Positions 50,545-59,377 of a DNA stretch of 64,000 nucleotides are shown here, one piece after another (the stretch's first letter is position 1; each line of letters begins with the position of its first letter). A model generated the notes under the pieces. It had not been told where the DNA came from and searched no databases. It saw only the letters and a program-made list of their open reading frames with translations. The stretch is taken from positions 10,610 through 74,609 of the forward strand of contig CAVYZA010000028.1 of the NCBI GenBank assembly GCA_963772865.1, written 5' to 3'. The position numbers were made by a program, and so were the translations under genes. The DNA comes from an uncultured beta proteobacterium. GTDB lineage: Bacteria; Pseudomonadota; Gammaproteobacteria; Burkholderiales; SHXO01.

Positions 50545-50597
50545 GCCCCTTCCCTTGCCTCCCCCGCGAGCGGGGGTCGGGGCGTGGGCAGTGAGCG
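50545..50597. repeat. REP-like palindromic element
   Basis: The sequence is gccccttcccttgcctcccccgcgagcgggggtcggggcgtgggcagtgagcg. Confidence 0.65.
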
Positions 50598-50632
50598 CCC
50601 GCTCCTATGGCGCACCGCAAAATCGAATCTCG

Positions 50633-50662
50633 TTGACGCCCGTTCTGGCACAAGGGTAGATT
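50633..50662 (+). promoter_or_regulatory. Putative sigma70-type promoter
   Basis: TTGACG (50633-50638), an 18-nt spacer and TAGATT (50657-50662). It lies in an otherwise gene-free interval. Confidence 0.4.
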
Positions 50663-50783
50663 GCGTCTCTCCGGAGGGACGGTGGGCAGCTTCAGCTGCC
50701 CTTCCCGCGCCCAACCGACAAGATGCCCCGCCGACGGGGCAAGCCAGCAACCCGCCGAGGTCGAAGCACCAGGGAGGAGGTTG

Positions 50784-50948
50784 ATGACGCGTCTTGCGCC
50801 GGGCCTTGCGGCCCCTGTCCTTACTTGCGCCTCGTTTCTGGCATCTTTTCCCAGCCATGCGACTGCCGCGCCCACAATTCGCGGGCCCGTCGCGCATGGT
50901 TCTCGCGGCAGCGATCGCTGTGGCAACGCTGCGAAGACGGCGGCCTGA
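50784..50948 (+). CDS. Possible 54-aa small ORF with a signal-peptide-like N-terminus
   Basis: The ATG at 50784 is preceded by AGGGAGGAGG. The product reads MTRLAPGLAAPVLTCASFLASFPSHATAAPTIRGPVAHGSRGSDRCGNAAKTAA (in frame within track ORF 50661..50948). I have no homology evidence for it. Confidence 0.3.
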   Translation: MTRLAPGLAAPVLTCASFLASFPSHATAAPTIRGPVAHGSRGSDRCGNAAKTAA

Positions 50949-50985
50949 CACCCCACAAAACCCACAACAGAGGGGGAGGAGCGGA

Positions 50986-51013
50986 CCGGGGCCTGCGGGC
51001 CCCGGTTTTTTTT
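50986..51013 (+). terminator. Rho-independent terminator
   Basis: The stem ccggggcc / ggccccgg has a 4-nt loop (tgcg) and is followed by T8 (51006-51013). Confidence 0.75.
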
Positions 51014-51410
51014 AGGCCGGACGGGTTGCGCCGGCCAGCGCGCGCAGGCGGTTCGCGTTCAGCATGATGTAGCCGAGCAGGAGCACGAACACCGCGAGCA
51101 CGAAGATCTTGTTGATGAACCAGTTGGTGCGCCATATCGTCCACTCGGGTGCGGACAGGAACAGCACGAACTTGGTCACGACGATGACGATCTCCGCCAC
51201 CGACACCGTCACCGCCAGCGGCAGTGTCCAGCGGTTCCAGTGCAGCAGCGACCATCCCACCAGGACGTGCACCACGGGCCAGAAGTCGAGCAGCACATAG
51301 GTGAACGGCGGGGACCCCTCGGCCAAGGCGTAGCCGACCGGGAAGAGATACTTGATCACGACCGTCCAGGCCGCGAGGATGAACAGGAAATGGGCGATGA
51401 AGCGAATCAT
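51012..51410 (-). CDS. Small 4-TM membrane protein, unknown function
   Basis: Track ORF 51012..51590 from M61. It reads MIRFIAHFLFILAAWTVVIKYLFPVGY...WTLPLAVTVSVAEIVIVVTKFVLFL...FINKIFVLAVFVLLLGYIML. Confidence 0.6.
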   Translation of the reverse strand: MIRFIAHFLFILAAWTVVIKYLFPVGYALAEGSPPFTYVLLDFWPVVHVLVGWSLLHWNRWTLPLAVTVSVAEIVIVVTKFVLFLSAPEWTIWRTNWFINKIFVLAVFVLLLGYIMLNANRLRALAGATRPA

Positions 51411-51540
51411 GGCGACCCTGTGCTTCGGGTGCTCGTCGCGCGCGGACCCGGCGGCAAGCGCAATGTCATAGCGTCGGCCTTGCGCCTCGCTCGAGCGAAC
51501 TCCGTATCCGTACAGATGTGATCCCTCTCGGGCGCGGCAG

Positions 51541-52737
51541 TCATGCCAGCCGCACCGCGGCATCCCGCGTGAGCTGCGCAATCGGGACACGCGCCGGGCA
51601 TGCCCCCAGGCAGGCCTGGTGCGTGCACGTCACGCAAGCGCTAGCAGCACCGCCCAGCGCGGCGTACTCGCTGCGAGCGAGGGCCTGGTCGCCGTAGTCG
51701 ACCGCGTACATGCGCGTGCGCAGCACTTCGCCGATGCGCACACCCTCGGGGCAGCTTTCGCGGCAGGCGCCGCAGCCGGGCACGCAGTAGTTGCCCACGC
51801 GCATGTCGGCGTAGCGCTCCAGCAACTCGAGATCGCTCCTGGTCGGCTTGGCATCGCCGGAGGCGGTCACGTACTCGTCGATCTGCTCCTTGCTGGTCAT
51901 CGAGACGATCAGCGCGTCGACGTTGGGGCTCGACAGCACCCAGCGGAACGCGGCCTGCGAATAGGTGCCGCCCGCGCGCTCGAACGGCCGCATGTCGTTC
52001 ATGCGCCCGCCCATCAGCGTCTTCATGGCGATCACGCCGATGTCTTTCTGCTTGGCCTTCGCCAGCACCGGCGGCAGATCGGGCTGGATGGCCGCCCAGT
52101 GAAAGGTGTGCCGCAGCTTGTCGGCGAAGCCCGGATCCTGCGCGAAGCTGTAGGACACCAGGATGACATCTACCAGGTCCTGTCCGATGGCGTAGTCCAG
52201 ACACTCCACCAAGTCGCTGCCGTGGCCGGACATGCCGCGGAAGCGGATCTTGCCCTGTTTCTTGGCCAGCGCGGTGAACTCCCACCACTCCTGGTTGCGC
52301 ATACGCGCGACGTCGTTGACGCCGTGATTGAAGTAGATGTCCACGTAGTCGGTACCGAGCCGCTTCAGGCTGCCGTTCAACGCCTTCATCATGTCCGCGC
52401 GCGTGTCGGAGGCGCCGGCCTTGGTCTTGGTGGACAGGATGACCTGCTTGCGCTTGCCCTCCAGGGCCTCGCCGATGGCGTCCTCGGCGTTGCCCCAGCC
52501 GTAGCTCTCCGCGGTATCGAAGTAGTTCACGCCGCGCGCCAGCGCGTGGCGCACCAGCGACGGGTCGAACGAGCTGGCCGAGCCGAACGAGATGTCGGAG
52601 ACCTTGAGCTCGGTTTTGCCAAGGCGCACGTAGCGTTGAATGCCGGGTGTCGCCGCCGCCAGAGGCGGTGTCTGCATCCCGGCGAGCGTGAGCGCCGCAC
52701 CGGCCCCGATGCGAAGGAACTTGCGTCGATCAACCAT
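51541..52737 (-). CDS. TAT-exported aldo/keto reductase with a C-terminal Cys-rich (Fe-S-type) domain
   Basis: Track ORF 51541..52833 from M33 (MVDRRKFLRIGAGAALTLAG). The AKR core reads GVNYFDTAESYGWGNAEDAIGEAL...GTDYVDIYFNHG. The two Cys clusters are CVPGCGACRESCP and CVTCTHQACLGACP. Confidence 0.85.
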   Translation of the reverse strand: MVDRRKFLRIGAGAALTLAGMQTPPLAAATPGIQRYVRLGKTELKVSDISFGSASSFDPSLVRHALARGVNYFDTAESYGWGNAEDAIGEALEGKRKQVILSTKTKAGASDTRADMMKALNGSLKRLGTDYVDIYFNHGVNDVARMRNQEWWEFTALAKKQGKIRFRGMSGHGSDLVECLDYAIGQDLVDVILVSYSFAQDPGFADKLRHTFHWAAIQPDLPPVLAKAKQKDIGVIAMKTLMGGRMNDMRPFERAGGTYSQAAFRWVLSSPNVDALIVSMTSKEQIDEYVTASGDAKPTRSDLELLERYADMRVGNYCVPGCGACRESCPEGVRIGEVLRTRMYAVDYGDQALARSEYAALGGAASACVTCTHQACLGACPARVPIAQLTRDAAVRLA

Positions 52738-52933
52738 ACTGTGCTCCTGCCGTAAGGACTGTCCTCGATAACACAGACCCCAGATTGAGCAAACGGTTCG
52801 CCTGCCGGCAACACCAGGCCGTGAGCAGCGCACCGATGCTTGACCAGCGATTGTCTAGCGCATCTTGGATCCCCCGCAAGATGATACGGCCGCTGCGCGC
52901 GATTGGTCTCCTGCCTTCTGCGCGCGCGTCCTC

Positions 52934-54106
52934 TCATGGTGGCGGAGGCCACGGCGTTCTGCGTTCCAGCTCGAGCCGGCGAAGCAACATTTCCGCTACC
53001 CGTTTGTGGCCTGTGGCATTGAAGTGCACATCCCCTTCGATGAAGTACTCCGGGATTACGATTGCAGGGTCGCGGCTGTCAATGAAGGCGCTGAACAGGT
53101 CGACGAAAGCCACACGATGGACTTCCGCCCACCGCCTCCAGTGTCGGACCTGGATCGAGTCCCGATCCAATACGGCGACTTGGTTGGGCCAGGGGTAGAC
53201 CACCAGAGTCAGCGGCTTGCCGTGCCGGCGCAGCAGCTCGTACAGGAGATCCATTGAAGCGGAGGCCCGCTCGAGTCCCTGCTTGCCGTACGCTTCGAAG
53301 GCCTTCGGGTCGTGGGTCCAGTTACCACGCTCGATCGCCAACGTCTCTGCCCAAGCGGCCAGAGGTCCCGCCTCGACCACCCGCGGTTCTGTCCGCTCCC
53401 TGTTGAGGACGGCGCGCAATCTGCTCTTCAGGCTGGCGACAACCTGAACGCTCAGCGAGTGCTGACGGATGAAACGCTTCCAGGTGTGACACGCGCTGCG
53501 TGGCCTCTCATGGACCCGCGCCCTCCCCTTCGGGTCCTGGTCCACGACATGCTCGTGCTCGTCCAGGGTGTAATGCCGCGCTTCGTCTTCGATGTCCGAG
53601 ATGTCCAGGAACACGATCACTTCGCCCACGTCGAGGCTCTGCTCCTCAATGAGGTACTTCAGCTTCCGATAGTAGATGACGGGTGAGTACGAGGTAACTC
53701 CGGCATTCAAGACCTCGATCTGACGGGGTTTCAGGCGAGCGCTGATGATCCCGGCAAACGTGTCCTCGAACCGGTAACCGACCCCTTCGGTGAATGAGTC
53801 GCCGATGAGCACGATTCGCCAAGCGTTGCTCCGCAGCGGTACCTCCCGGACGGCCTCGTCCTTGAAGCCGAGGGAGTTCGTGAAGATGCGGTGTCGCAGC
53901 GGCCCCCACTGAGCCCAAGCGGAAACATTTGGCTCCAGGTCGTGGTGATATAGAAGTGACTCGCACCGGTAGAGCGTGTCATCGATCCGATCCGGCACAT
54001 ATCGATAGGCGAGCGTGCCGAAACCGACGTCGAGGCACGTGAAAACACCCACGAATAGCAACACGTTGGCCCAAGCGGTCGATCGGCGGGGAGCGGGCTG
54101 CGCCAC
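52934..54106 (-). CDS. SGNH/GDSL-type hydrolase-like protein with an N-terminal membrane anchor; compositionally atypical
   Basis: Intact 390-aa ORF. The N-terminal TM segment is WANVLLFVGVFTCLDVGFG. Block I reads RIVLIGDSFTEGVG and the C-terminal block reads GDVHFNATGHKRVA. Spot GC counts are 50-60%, against about 70-75% elsewhere. Confidence 0.65.
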   Translation of the reverse strand: MAQPAPRRSTAWANVLLFVGVFTCLDVGFGTLAYRYVPDRIDDTLYRCESLLYHHDLEPNVSAWAQWGPLRHRIFTNSLGFKDEAVREVPLRSNAWRIVLIGDSFTEGVGYRFEDTFAGIISARLKPRQIEVLNAGVTSYSPVIYYRKLKYLIEEQSLDVGEVIVFLDISDIEDEARHYTLDEHEHVVDQDPKGRARVHERPRSACHTWKRFIRQHSLSVQVVASLKSRLRAVLNRERTEPRVVEAGPLAAWAETLAIERGNWTHDPKAFEAYGKQGLERASASMDLLYELLRRHGKPLTLVVYPWPNQVAVLDRDSIQVRHWRRWAEVHRVAFVDLFSAFIDSRDPAIVIPEYFIEGDVHFNATGHKRVAEMLLRRLELERRTPWPPPP

Positions 54107-54293
54107 TATCGCAGGTTCGCAGGACAGGCGGTTCGTCTCGCGTACACGAGCTCAGTCGGGGCGACCGAGCCGCTTCGGTAGCGCCCCGTCTGCGTCCAAG
54201 CGGCCTTGCCCGCGATCCGTGCAGCCAGTAGGATGGCTACCTCCCGTGGCGGCAGCGCCGCCCCACCATCTGTACTTCACCGAGCAGACGACC

Positions 54294-55679
54294 ATGAGCG
54301 TAGCACTAGCAAGCGTCCAGACCGCAATCGACGAACTGCGCGTCCTGCTGGGAGATCGACTGTCCACCAGCACCGGGGTGCGCGATCACCACAGCAAGGA
54401 CGAGTCCTGGCACATTCCGCATCGCCCCGATGCAGTTGCCTTCCCGGTCAGCACCGAGGAAGTCGCGCAGATCGTGCAGATCTGCGCCCGCCATCGCACG
54501 CCCGTCGTGGCCTACGGAACCGGCACCTCGCTGGAGGGCAACGTCATTCCCGAGAACGGCGGCGTGGTCGTCGACCTCATGCACATGGACAAGGTCCTCA
54601 AGGTCAACGCCGAGGACCTCGACGTGACCGTGCAGGCGCGCGTCACCCGCAAGCAGCTGAACGACTACATCCGCGACCAGGGCCTGTTCTTCCCGATCGA
54701 TCCCGGCGCCGATGCATCGCTGGGCGGCATGGCCGCCACCCGCGCCTCGGGCACCAACGCCGTGCGTTACGGCACGATGCGCGAGAACGTTCTCGCACTC
54801 ACGGTGGTGCTCGCCGACGGGCGCATCATCCGCACGTCGCGGCGCGCCCGCAAGTCCGCCGCCGGCTACGATCTCACGCGCCTGTTCGTCGGCAGCGAGG
54901 GAACACTCGGCATCATCACCGAAGTAACGCTGCGGCTGTACGGCATACCCGAGGCGATGGCGGCGGCGGTATGTTCGTTCGACACGCTGGAAGGCGCCGT
55001 CAACACCGTCATCCAGACCATCCAGCTCGGCATACCCGTCGCCCGCATCGAGCTGCTGGACAGCGTGCAGATGGACTCGGTGAACCGGTTTTCCAAGCTG
55101 AGCTACCCGGTCAAGGACACGCTGTTCATCGAGTTCCACGGCACCGACAAGGGCGTGAACGAGCAGGCGCAGACGGTACAGGCCATCGCCTCGGAGCACG
55201 GCGGCGGCGAGTTCAAGTGGGCGACCAGGCAAGAGGAGCGCTCGCACCTGTGGCAGGCGCGGCACGACGTCACCTACGCCAACAAGGCGCTGCGCGCCGG
55301 CTGCGAGATCTGGGCGACCGACGTGTGCGTGCCGATCTCGCGGCTGGCCGAGTGCATCCTCGAGACCAAGAAGGACCTGCAGGGCAGCTCCCTGATCGCG
55401 CCGCTGGTGGGGCATGTCGGCGACGGCAACTTCCACCTTGGCTTCCTGATCGACCGCAACAACCCCGCCGAGATCGAGGAGGTCGAGCGGCTCAACGAAC
55501 GGCTGGTGATGCGGGCGCTGGCGATGGACGGCACCTGCACCGGCGAGCACGGCATCGGGCTGGGCAAGATGAAGTTCCTCACCGCCGAGCACGGCGAGGG
55601 CGTGGCCGTGATGCGCGCGGTCAAGAAAGCCCTCGATCCGCTGAACATCCTCAATCCGGGGAAGATCTTCTCGCTGTGA
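54294..55679 (+). CDS. FAD-linked oxidase (D-lactate/glycolate dehydrogenase GlcD-like)
   Basis: Track ORF 54015..55679 from M94 (MSVALASVQ...). The reading frame is intact. Motifs are PDAVAFPVSTEEVAQIVQICARHRTPVVAYGTGTSLEGN, GYDLTRLFVGSEGTLGIITEVTLRL and GTCTGEHGIGLGK. Confidence 0.9.
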   Translation: MSVALASVQTAIDELRVLLGDRLSTSTGVRDHHSKDESWHIPHRPDAVAFPVSTEEVAQIVQICARHRTPVVAYGTGTSLEGNVIPENGGVVVDLMHMDKVLKVNAEDLDVTVQARVTRKQLNDYIRDQGLFFPIDPGADASLGGMAATRASGTNAVRYGTMRENVLALTVVLADGRIIRTSRRARKSAAGYDLTRLFVGSEGTLGIITEVTLRLYGIPEAMAAAVCSFDTLEGAVNTVIQTIQLGIPVARIELLDSVQMDSVNRFSKLSYPVKDTLFIEFHGTDKGVNEQAQTVQAIASEHGGGEFKWATRQEERSHLWQARHDVTYANKALRAGCEIWATDVCVPISRLAECILETKKDLQGSSLIAPLVGHVGDGNFHLGFLIDRNNPAEIEEVERLNERLVMRALAMDGTCTGEHGIGLGKMKFLTAEHGEGVAVMRAVKKALDPLNILNPGKIFSL

Positions 55680-56756
55680 GGCCGGCGCCGGCGCGCTGGC
55701 TGCGCCTCGCAGTGTTGGGCGCGCTGCTGACTGGCTGGCGCTGCTCGCGCAGCGCTGCGCCGCGAGCGCACACCGCTGACCCTGGTCCTCAACTGGGTGC
55801 CGGGCGCGGATCACGCGCCGTTCTTCTACGCCCTGCGCCAGGGCTGGTACGCAGCCGCGGGCATCGCGCTCAGCGTCGATTCGGTAGCTGGCTCGCCGGA
55901 GGCGATCAAGCGTGCCGTTCAGGCTCCCGGCACGCTGGCGGTGGCTGATTTCGTCTCCTATCTGCGCGCCCGCACCAGCTTCCCGGGTACGACCGCGGTG
56001 ATGGCCCTGCAGCCGCTTTCGCCCTACGCCGTCTACTTCTCCGCCGCCTCGGGGATCACGCGCGCACAGGACCTCGCCGGCAAACGCATCGCTGTCCAGC
56101 CGCAGGATCCGATGCGCCGCCTGTGGCGCCCGCTGGCGCAACGCAACGCGACCGCCACCGACGCCGTCACCTGGGTCGATCGCTCCAACGCGGAAAAGCC
56201 GGACACCCTCCTCGCCGGCGAGGCCGATGCCGCTTTCAACCCGTTCCTCCACAACCATCTCAACTACGCCGCGGTCCTGGGCCCTGACATGCGCGTGCTG
56301 TGGTGGCACGACCTCGGGTTCGCCGGCTACGGTCAAGTGCTGGTCGCAAGGGCTGAACTGATCGAGGGCAATCCGCACCTCGTACGTGAGTTCGTCGCCG
56401 TGACGCAGCGGGCGTGGGCGCAGTGCCTCGCGCACGCCGCCCCGTGCATCGATGCGCTGCTGGCGGAGCATCCGCAACTCGATCGGCAGCGCGAGCTAGC
56501 GGTATGGGAATTGCTGGCGAGTCTCTACCGCAGCTCGCCCGATCCTCTTGGTCCGCTCGGGGCCTTCGACCCGGCGAGAGTTGCGGCTACCTTGCGCGAC
56601 CTGGACGCGGCGTTCGCCACGCACTCGGTCGACCGCGGCGGGGCCGAAAACGCCTTTCTCGATCCCACGATCCGGCGCGCCGCGCTGAAAGTGCGCGTTC
56701 GCGTGTCAGCGCAGTGTCAAATTTTTCTTGCGCTGCGTCTCAGGTTCGCCCCGTAA
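55676..56756 (+). CDS. NMT1/THI5-like (nitrate/sulfonate/bicarbonate-type) ABC substrate-binding protein; frameshift in the signal peptide near 55728
   Basis: The GTG at 55676 overlaps the upstream stop (GTGA). The signal peptide VRPAPARWLRLAVLGALL is read in the frame of ORF 54206..55948. After that, track ORF 55797..56756 and its in-frame upstream extension give LTLVLNWVPGADHAPFFYALRQGWY. Confidence 0.7.
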
Positions 56757-56896
56757 CCGGCTGAGCCGGCACACTTCCCATCCAGCGACCGCGCCTGCCT
56801 ATGGCGTGTTGCTGGCGACGCCGCTATGCTCATCATGGCGGGCGCGAGTCTCCTGTCTGAGACGCACCCGCGGAACCATGTGGGAATAGCAGAGTC

Positions 56897-57623
56897 ATGA
56901 CGTTCAACATTGCGCGTTTTTGGATCGCCTCTCTGGGCGCCGGCCGCACGCGCGGCCGCATCGGCATGGCCGCCTGTCCGGGCTGGGCCTCGCGCCCGGC
57001 GCTGGAGGGCGGCGCGGCACGCGATTTCGAGCAGGACATGAGCGCAGTGCAGCGATGGGCGCCGCACCTTGTCCTCACCCTGCTGGAAGACGACGAGTTC
57101 TGGGAGTACCGCGTCGGCATGCTGCCACAGGCGTTGACGGCACGCGGGATCCCCTACCAGCATTTCCCGCTGCGATCCGACGGCCTTCCCGGCGAGCGCT
57201 TCGAGCAACGCTGGGCGCTCATTTCGCCCGCGTTGCGCGACATGCTGCGGGCAGGCGGGAAGCTTCTCATCCACTGCTCCGACGGCACGCTGCGTTCGGG
57301 CTTCCTGGCCGCTCTTCTGCTGATCGAACTCGGCTGCCGGCCCGAGGATGCGCTCAACCGCGTGCAGGCAGTGCGCGCGGGCGCGCTGACCATCCCCGAG
57401 CAGCGCGACTACCTGCTGCGACAGGAGCAGCTGCCCCGTGCCGAGACTGCCCTTGCCCGCGTTGCATCCGGAGATCGCGCACGTGCTCGGAGCCGCCCCG
57501 GCGTCGGCCGCCGCACAGGTGGTGCGTGCGCTCGCCGAGCACAGCAAGCCGGCTCAGGCGTGGCGCGGCCAGCACGAGTCCGGCGCGCTGGTCGACCTCG
57601 CCAAGTACCGGCAGAGCCGCTAG
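56897..57623 (+). CDS. Cys-based protein-tyrosine/dual-specificity phosphatase-like protein; probable frameshift near 57435
   Basis: Track ORF 56897..57634 carries the HCX5R active-site loop (LLIHCSDGTLRSGF). A compositionally better tail is read from ORF 57438..57623 (LPLPALHPEIAHVLGAAPASAAAQVVRALAEHSKPAQAWRGQHESGALVDLAKYRQSR). Confidence 0.65.
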
Positions 57624-57922
57624 GAGCGGCCTGACTCAGGCCCAGAACCAGCGTTCTCCTTGGCACTACCCTGGCTGCTGCCATCCGCGCCCGGGTCGAG
57701 GACCTGCAGATGACTACCTGTCCGTGGATCTTGCCGAAGCTCCCGCTCCCGCGGTGGGCTCGAGCGTGCCGCGGACGTCGCAACGACACGAGCCGTCCGG
57801 CGAGCGCCGCAGCACAAGCGGCCGTCGTTGCGGCCGGGTATGCGACTACCGTCCTCCAGCAGCACAGTCACGTGCGCGGAGGGCACCGGTAGATCGAGCA
57901 CGTTTGCAAGGGAGGAGGAACA

Positions 57923-58282
57923 ATGAACAACGACATTCTGCGATGCATCGGCCGAGCCGTATTCCTGGCTGCGGGGATGGCGGGTGGGCCGGCATGGACC
58001 GCGCCCGTCGACGTCTTCTGCACGCCGAACCAGATCGTGGTGCTCACCGAAGCACCGCGCCTGCAGGTGCGCTGCGACGAATCCTTCAGCGGCGTGGTGT
58101 ACTTTGCCGCGCCCACCGCCGATGCAGCGCAGGCGGGCCGCGTCCTGAGCGTGATTCAGACCGCCCTGGTGGCCGGCCGCACCCTCATCGTCAACTATGA
58201 GCCCGCCGACTTGAGCGGCGCGGGCATCGGCTGTCAGAGCAACGACTGCCGGCTGATACGGCGCATCGGCTTCGGCAAATGA
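57923..58282 (+). CDS. Small secreted Cys-containing protein, translationally coupled to the downstream metzincin
   Basis: Intact 119-aa ORF. A GGGAGGAGG Shine-Dalgarno sequence precedes it and the signal peptide reads RAVFLAAGMAGGPAWTAP. It has 4 Cys residues. Its stop overlaps the next ATG (ATGA at 58279-58282). Confidence 0.55.
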   Translation: MNNDILRCIGRAVFLAAGMAGGPAWTAPVDVFCTPNQIVVLTEAPRLQVRCDESFSGVVYFAAPTADAAQAGRVLSVIQTALVAGRTLIVNYEPADLSGAGIGCQSNDCRLIRRIGFGK

Positions 58283-59377
58283 GCGTAGTCCACAAGCTGG
58301 TGCCGGCGGCGCTTCTCGCGACCGTCGCTGGCCCGGCCCACGCCGCCGTGTACTGGTTCCACGGCGTGCGCGGCAATGCCGTCAGCGTGTGCTTCGTCGG
58401 GGACGCAGTGACGTCGCGACCGGATCGCGTAGAGCAGGTGTTGCGCTACTTGCGCGAGTTCGAATACAGCGTGAACGTGCGCTTCGACTATCTGGGGCGC
58501 TGCCCCGCTTCGGCGGTGACAGCCGACGGCAACGATTCCTTCGCGGGCGATATTCGCGTGGTGCTGCCGCATACCAGCGGCACGAAGATCCCGACCTGGG
58601 CCGGGCCGGAAGGCACCGGGCCGGTGCCGGGCAAAGGCTGTGCGGTGTTCCGCAGCAACGACGGGAAGTACTGCGACAGCACGTGCAACAAGGATTCCAA
58701 CAACGATCGCTGGATCAGCTGGTCCGACGCGCCCGACGATCTCGCCGCCAACCGCGCCTGCCTGTACAACCTCAAGCTTGGCGACGATCCGTGGAACGCC
58801 ACGCCATATCTCAACCACGCGTTGCACGAGTTCGGTCACGCGCTCGGGCTGGCGCACGAGCACACGCGCGACGACGTGGACAAGACCAGCTGCACCGGCG
58901 CCGACTATGGCGGCGGCGGAGCCGGCGGACACCTCACCCCGTACGATCGGCGCTCGGTCATGCACTACCGGATCCCGGCATGCGGCAGCAACGGCAACTA
59001 CGACTACACCGGTCTGTCGCAATCCGACCGCCTGGGTCTGCGCATTCTCTACCCGGAAGCGAACCGCCGCGCGGAGTACGTGGGCGCGACGCTGCGCCCC
59101 GCCGGCAACGCCGTGGTGCTGCAGTCCGGCTGGGCAGCGCGCGGCGCAAACCTGGCGTTCGTCGCCAGGAACTTCCGCTGGGTGGTGAACCAGGCCACTT
59201 ACTCCAGCCCGGATGTCTCGGTGCTGCTGGCGCCGGGCAGCTATCCGTTCCAGTACAGCTACACGGATTTTCTCGGCCGCAGCTACTCCACCGAAGGAAC
59301 CATCAGAGTACTGCCAGCCGGCGAGTACAAGCGGTCTGATCGCCGCCACGCGAGCGGCGCAGTTACCGCTGTATTGA
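58279..59377 (+). CDS. Secreted metzincin-type zinc metalloprotease; the C-terminus is probably frameshifted (the track ORF runs to 59664)
   Basis: Track ORF 58279..59664. The signal peptide reads LVPAALLATVAGPAHAAV. The zinc site is HEFGHALGLAHEH (HExxHxxGxxH) and the Met-turn candidate is RSVMHY. After ~59325 the track frame becomes Arg-rich. An alternative frame ends ...GLIAATRAAQLPLY-TGA at 59375-59377. Confidence 0.7.

Noticed and set aside
50669-50780. A possible cobalamin riboswitch in the orphan leader (GGGAC-GGTG...CCCGC...GCCCCGCCGACGGGGCAAGCCAGCAACCCGCC resembles the B12-box region)
   Set aside because: The conserved GCCACTG core and the usual multi-stem architecture are not present. 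The downstream ORF is not a cobalamin-related gene. I kept the region only as an unexplained structured leader.
54306-56477. Very long ORFs antisense to recognised genes. Examples are 54306..56477 (723 aa), 16435..18270 (611 aa), 40536..43133 (865 aa), 28901..30646 (581 aa), 33162..34772 (536 aa), 58234..59763 (509 aa) and 49406..50965 (519 aa)
   Set aside because: They have extreme Arg/Ala/Gly/Pro composition and no motifs. Each lies opposite a gene with clear family signatures. These are typical stop-poor shadow ORFs of ~70% GC DNA.
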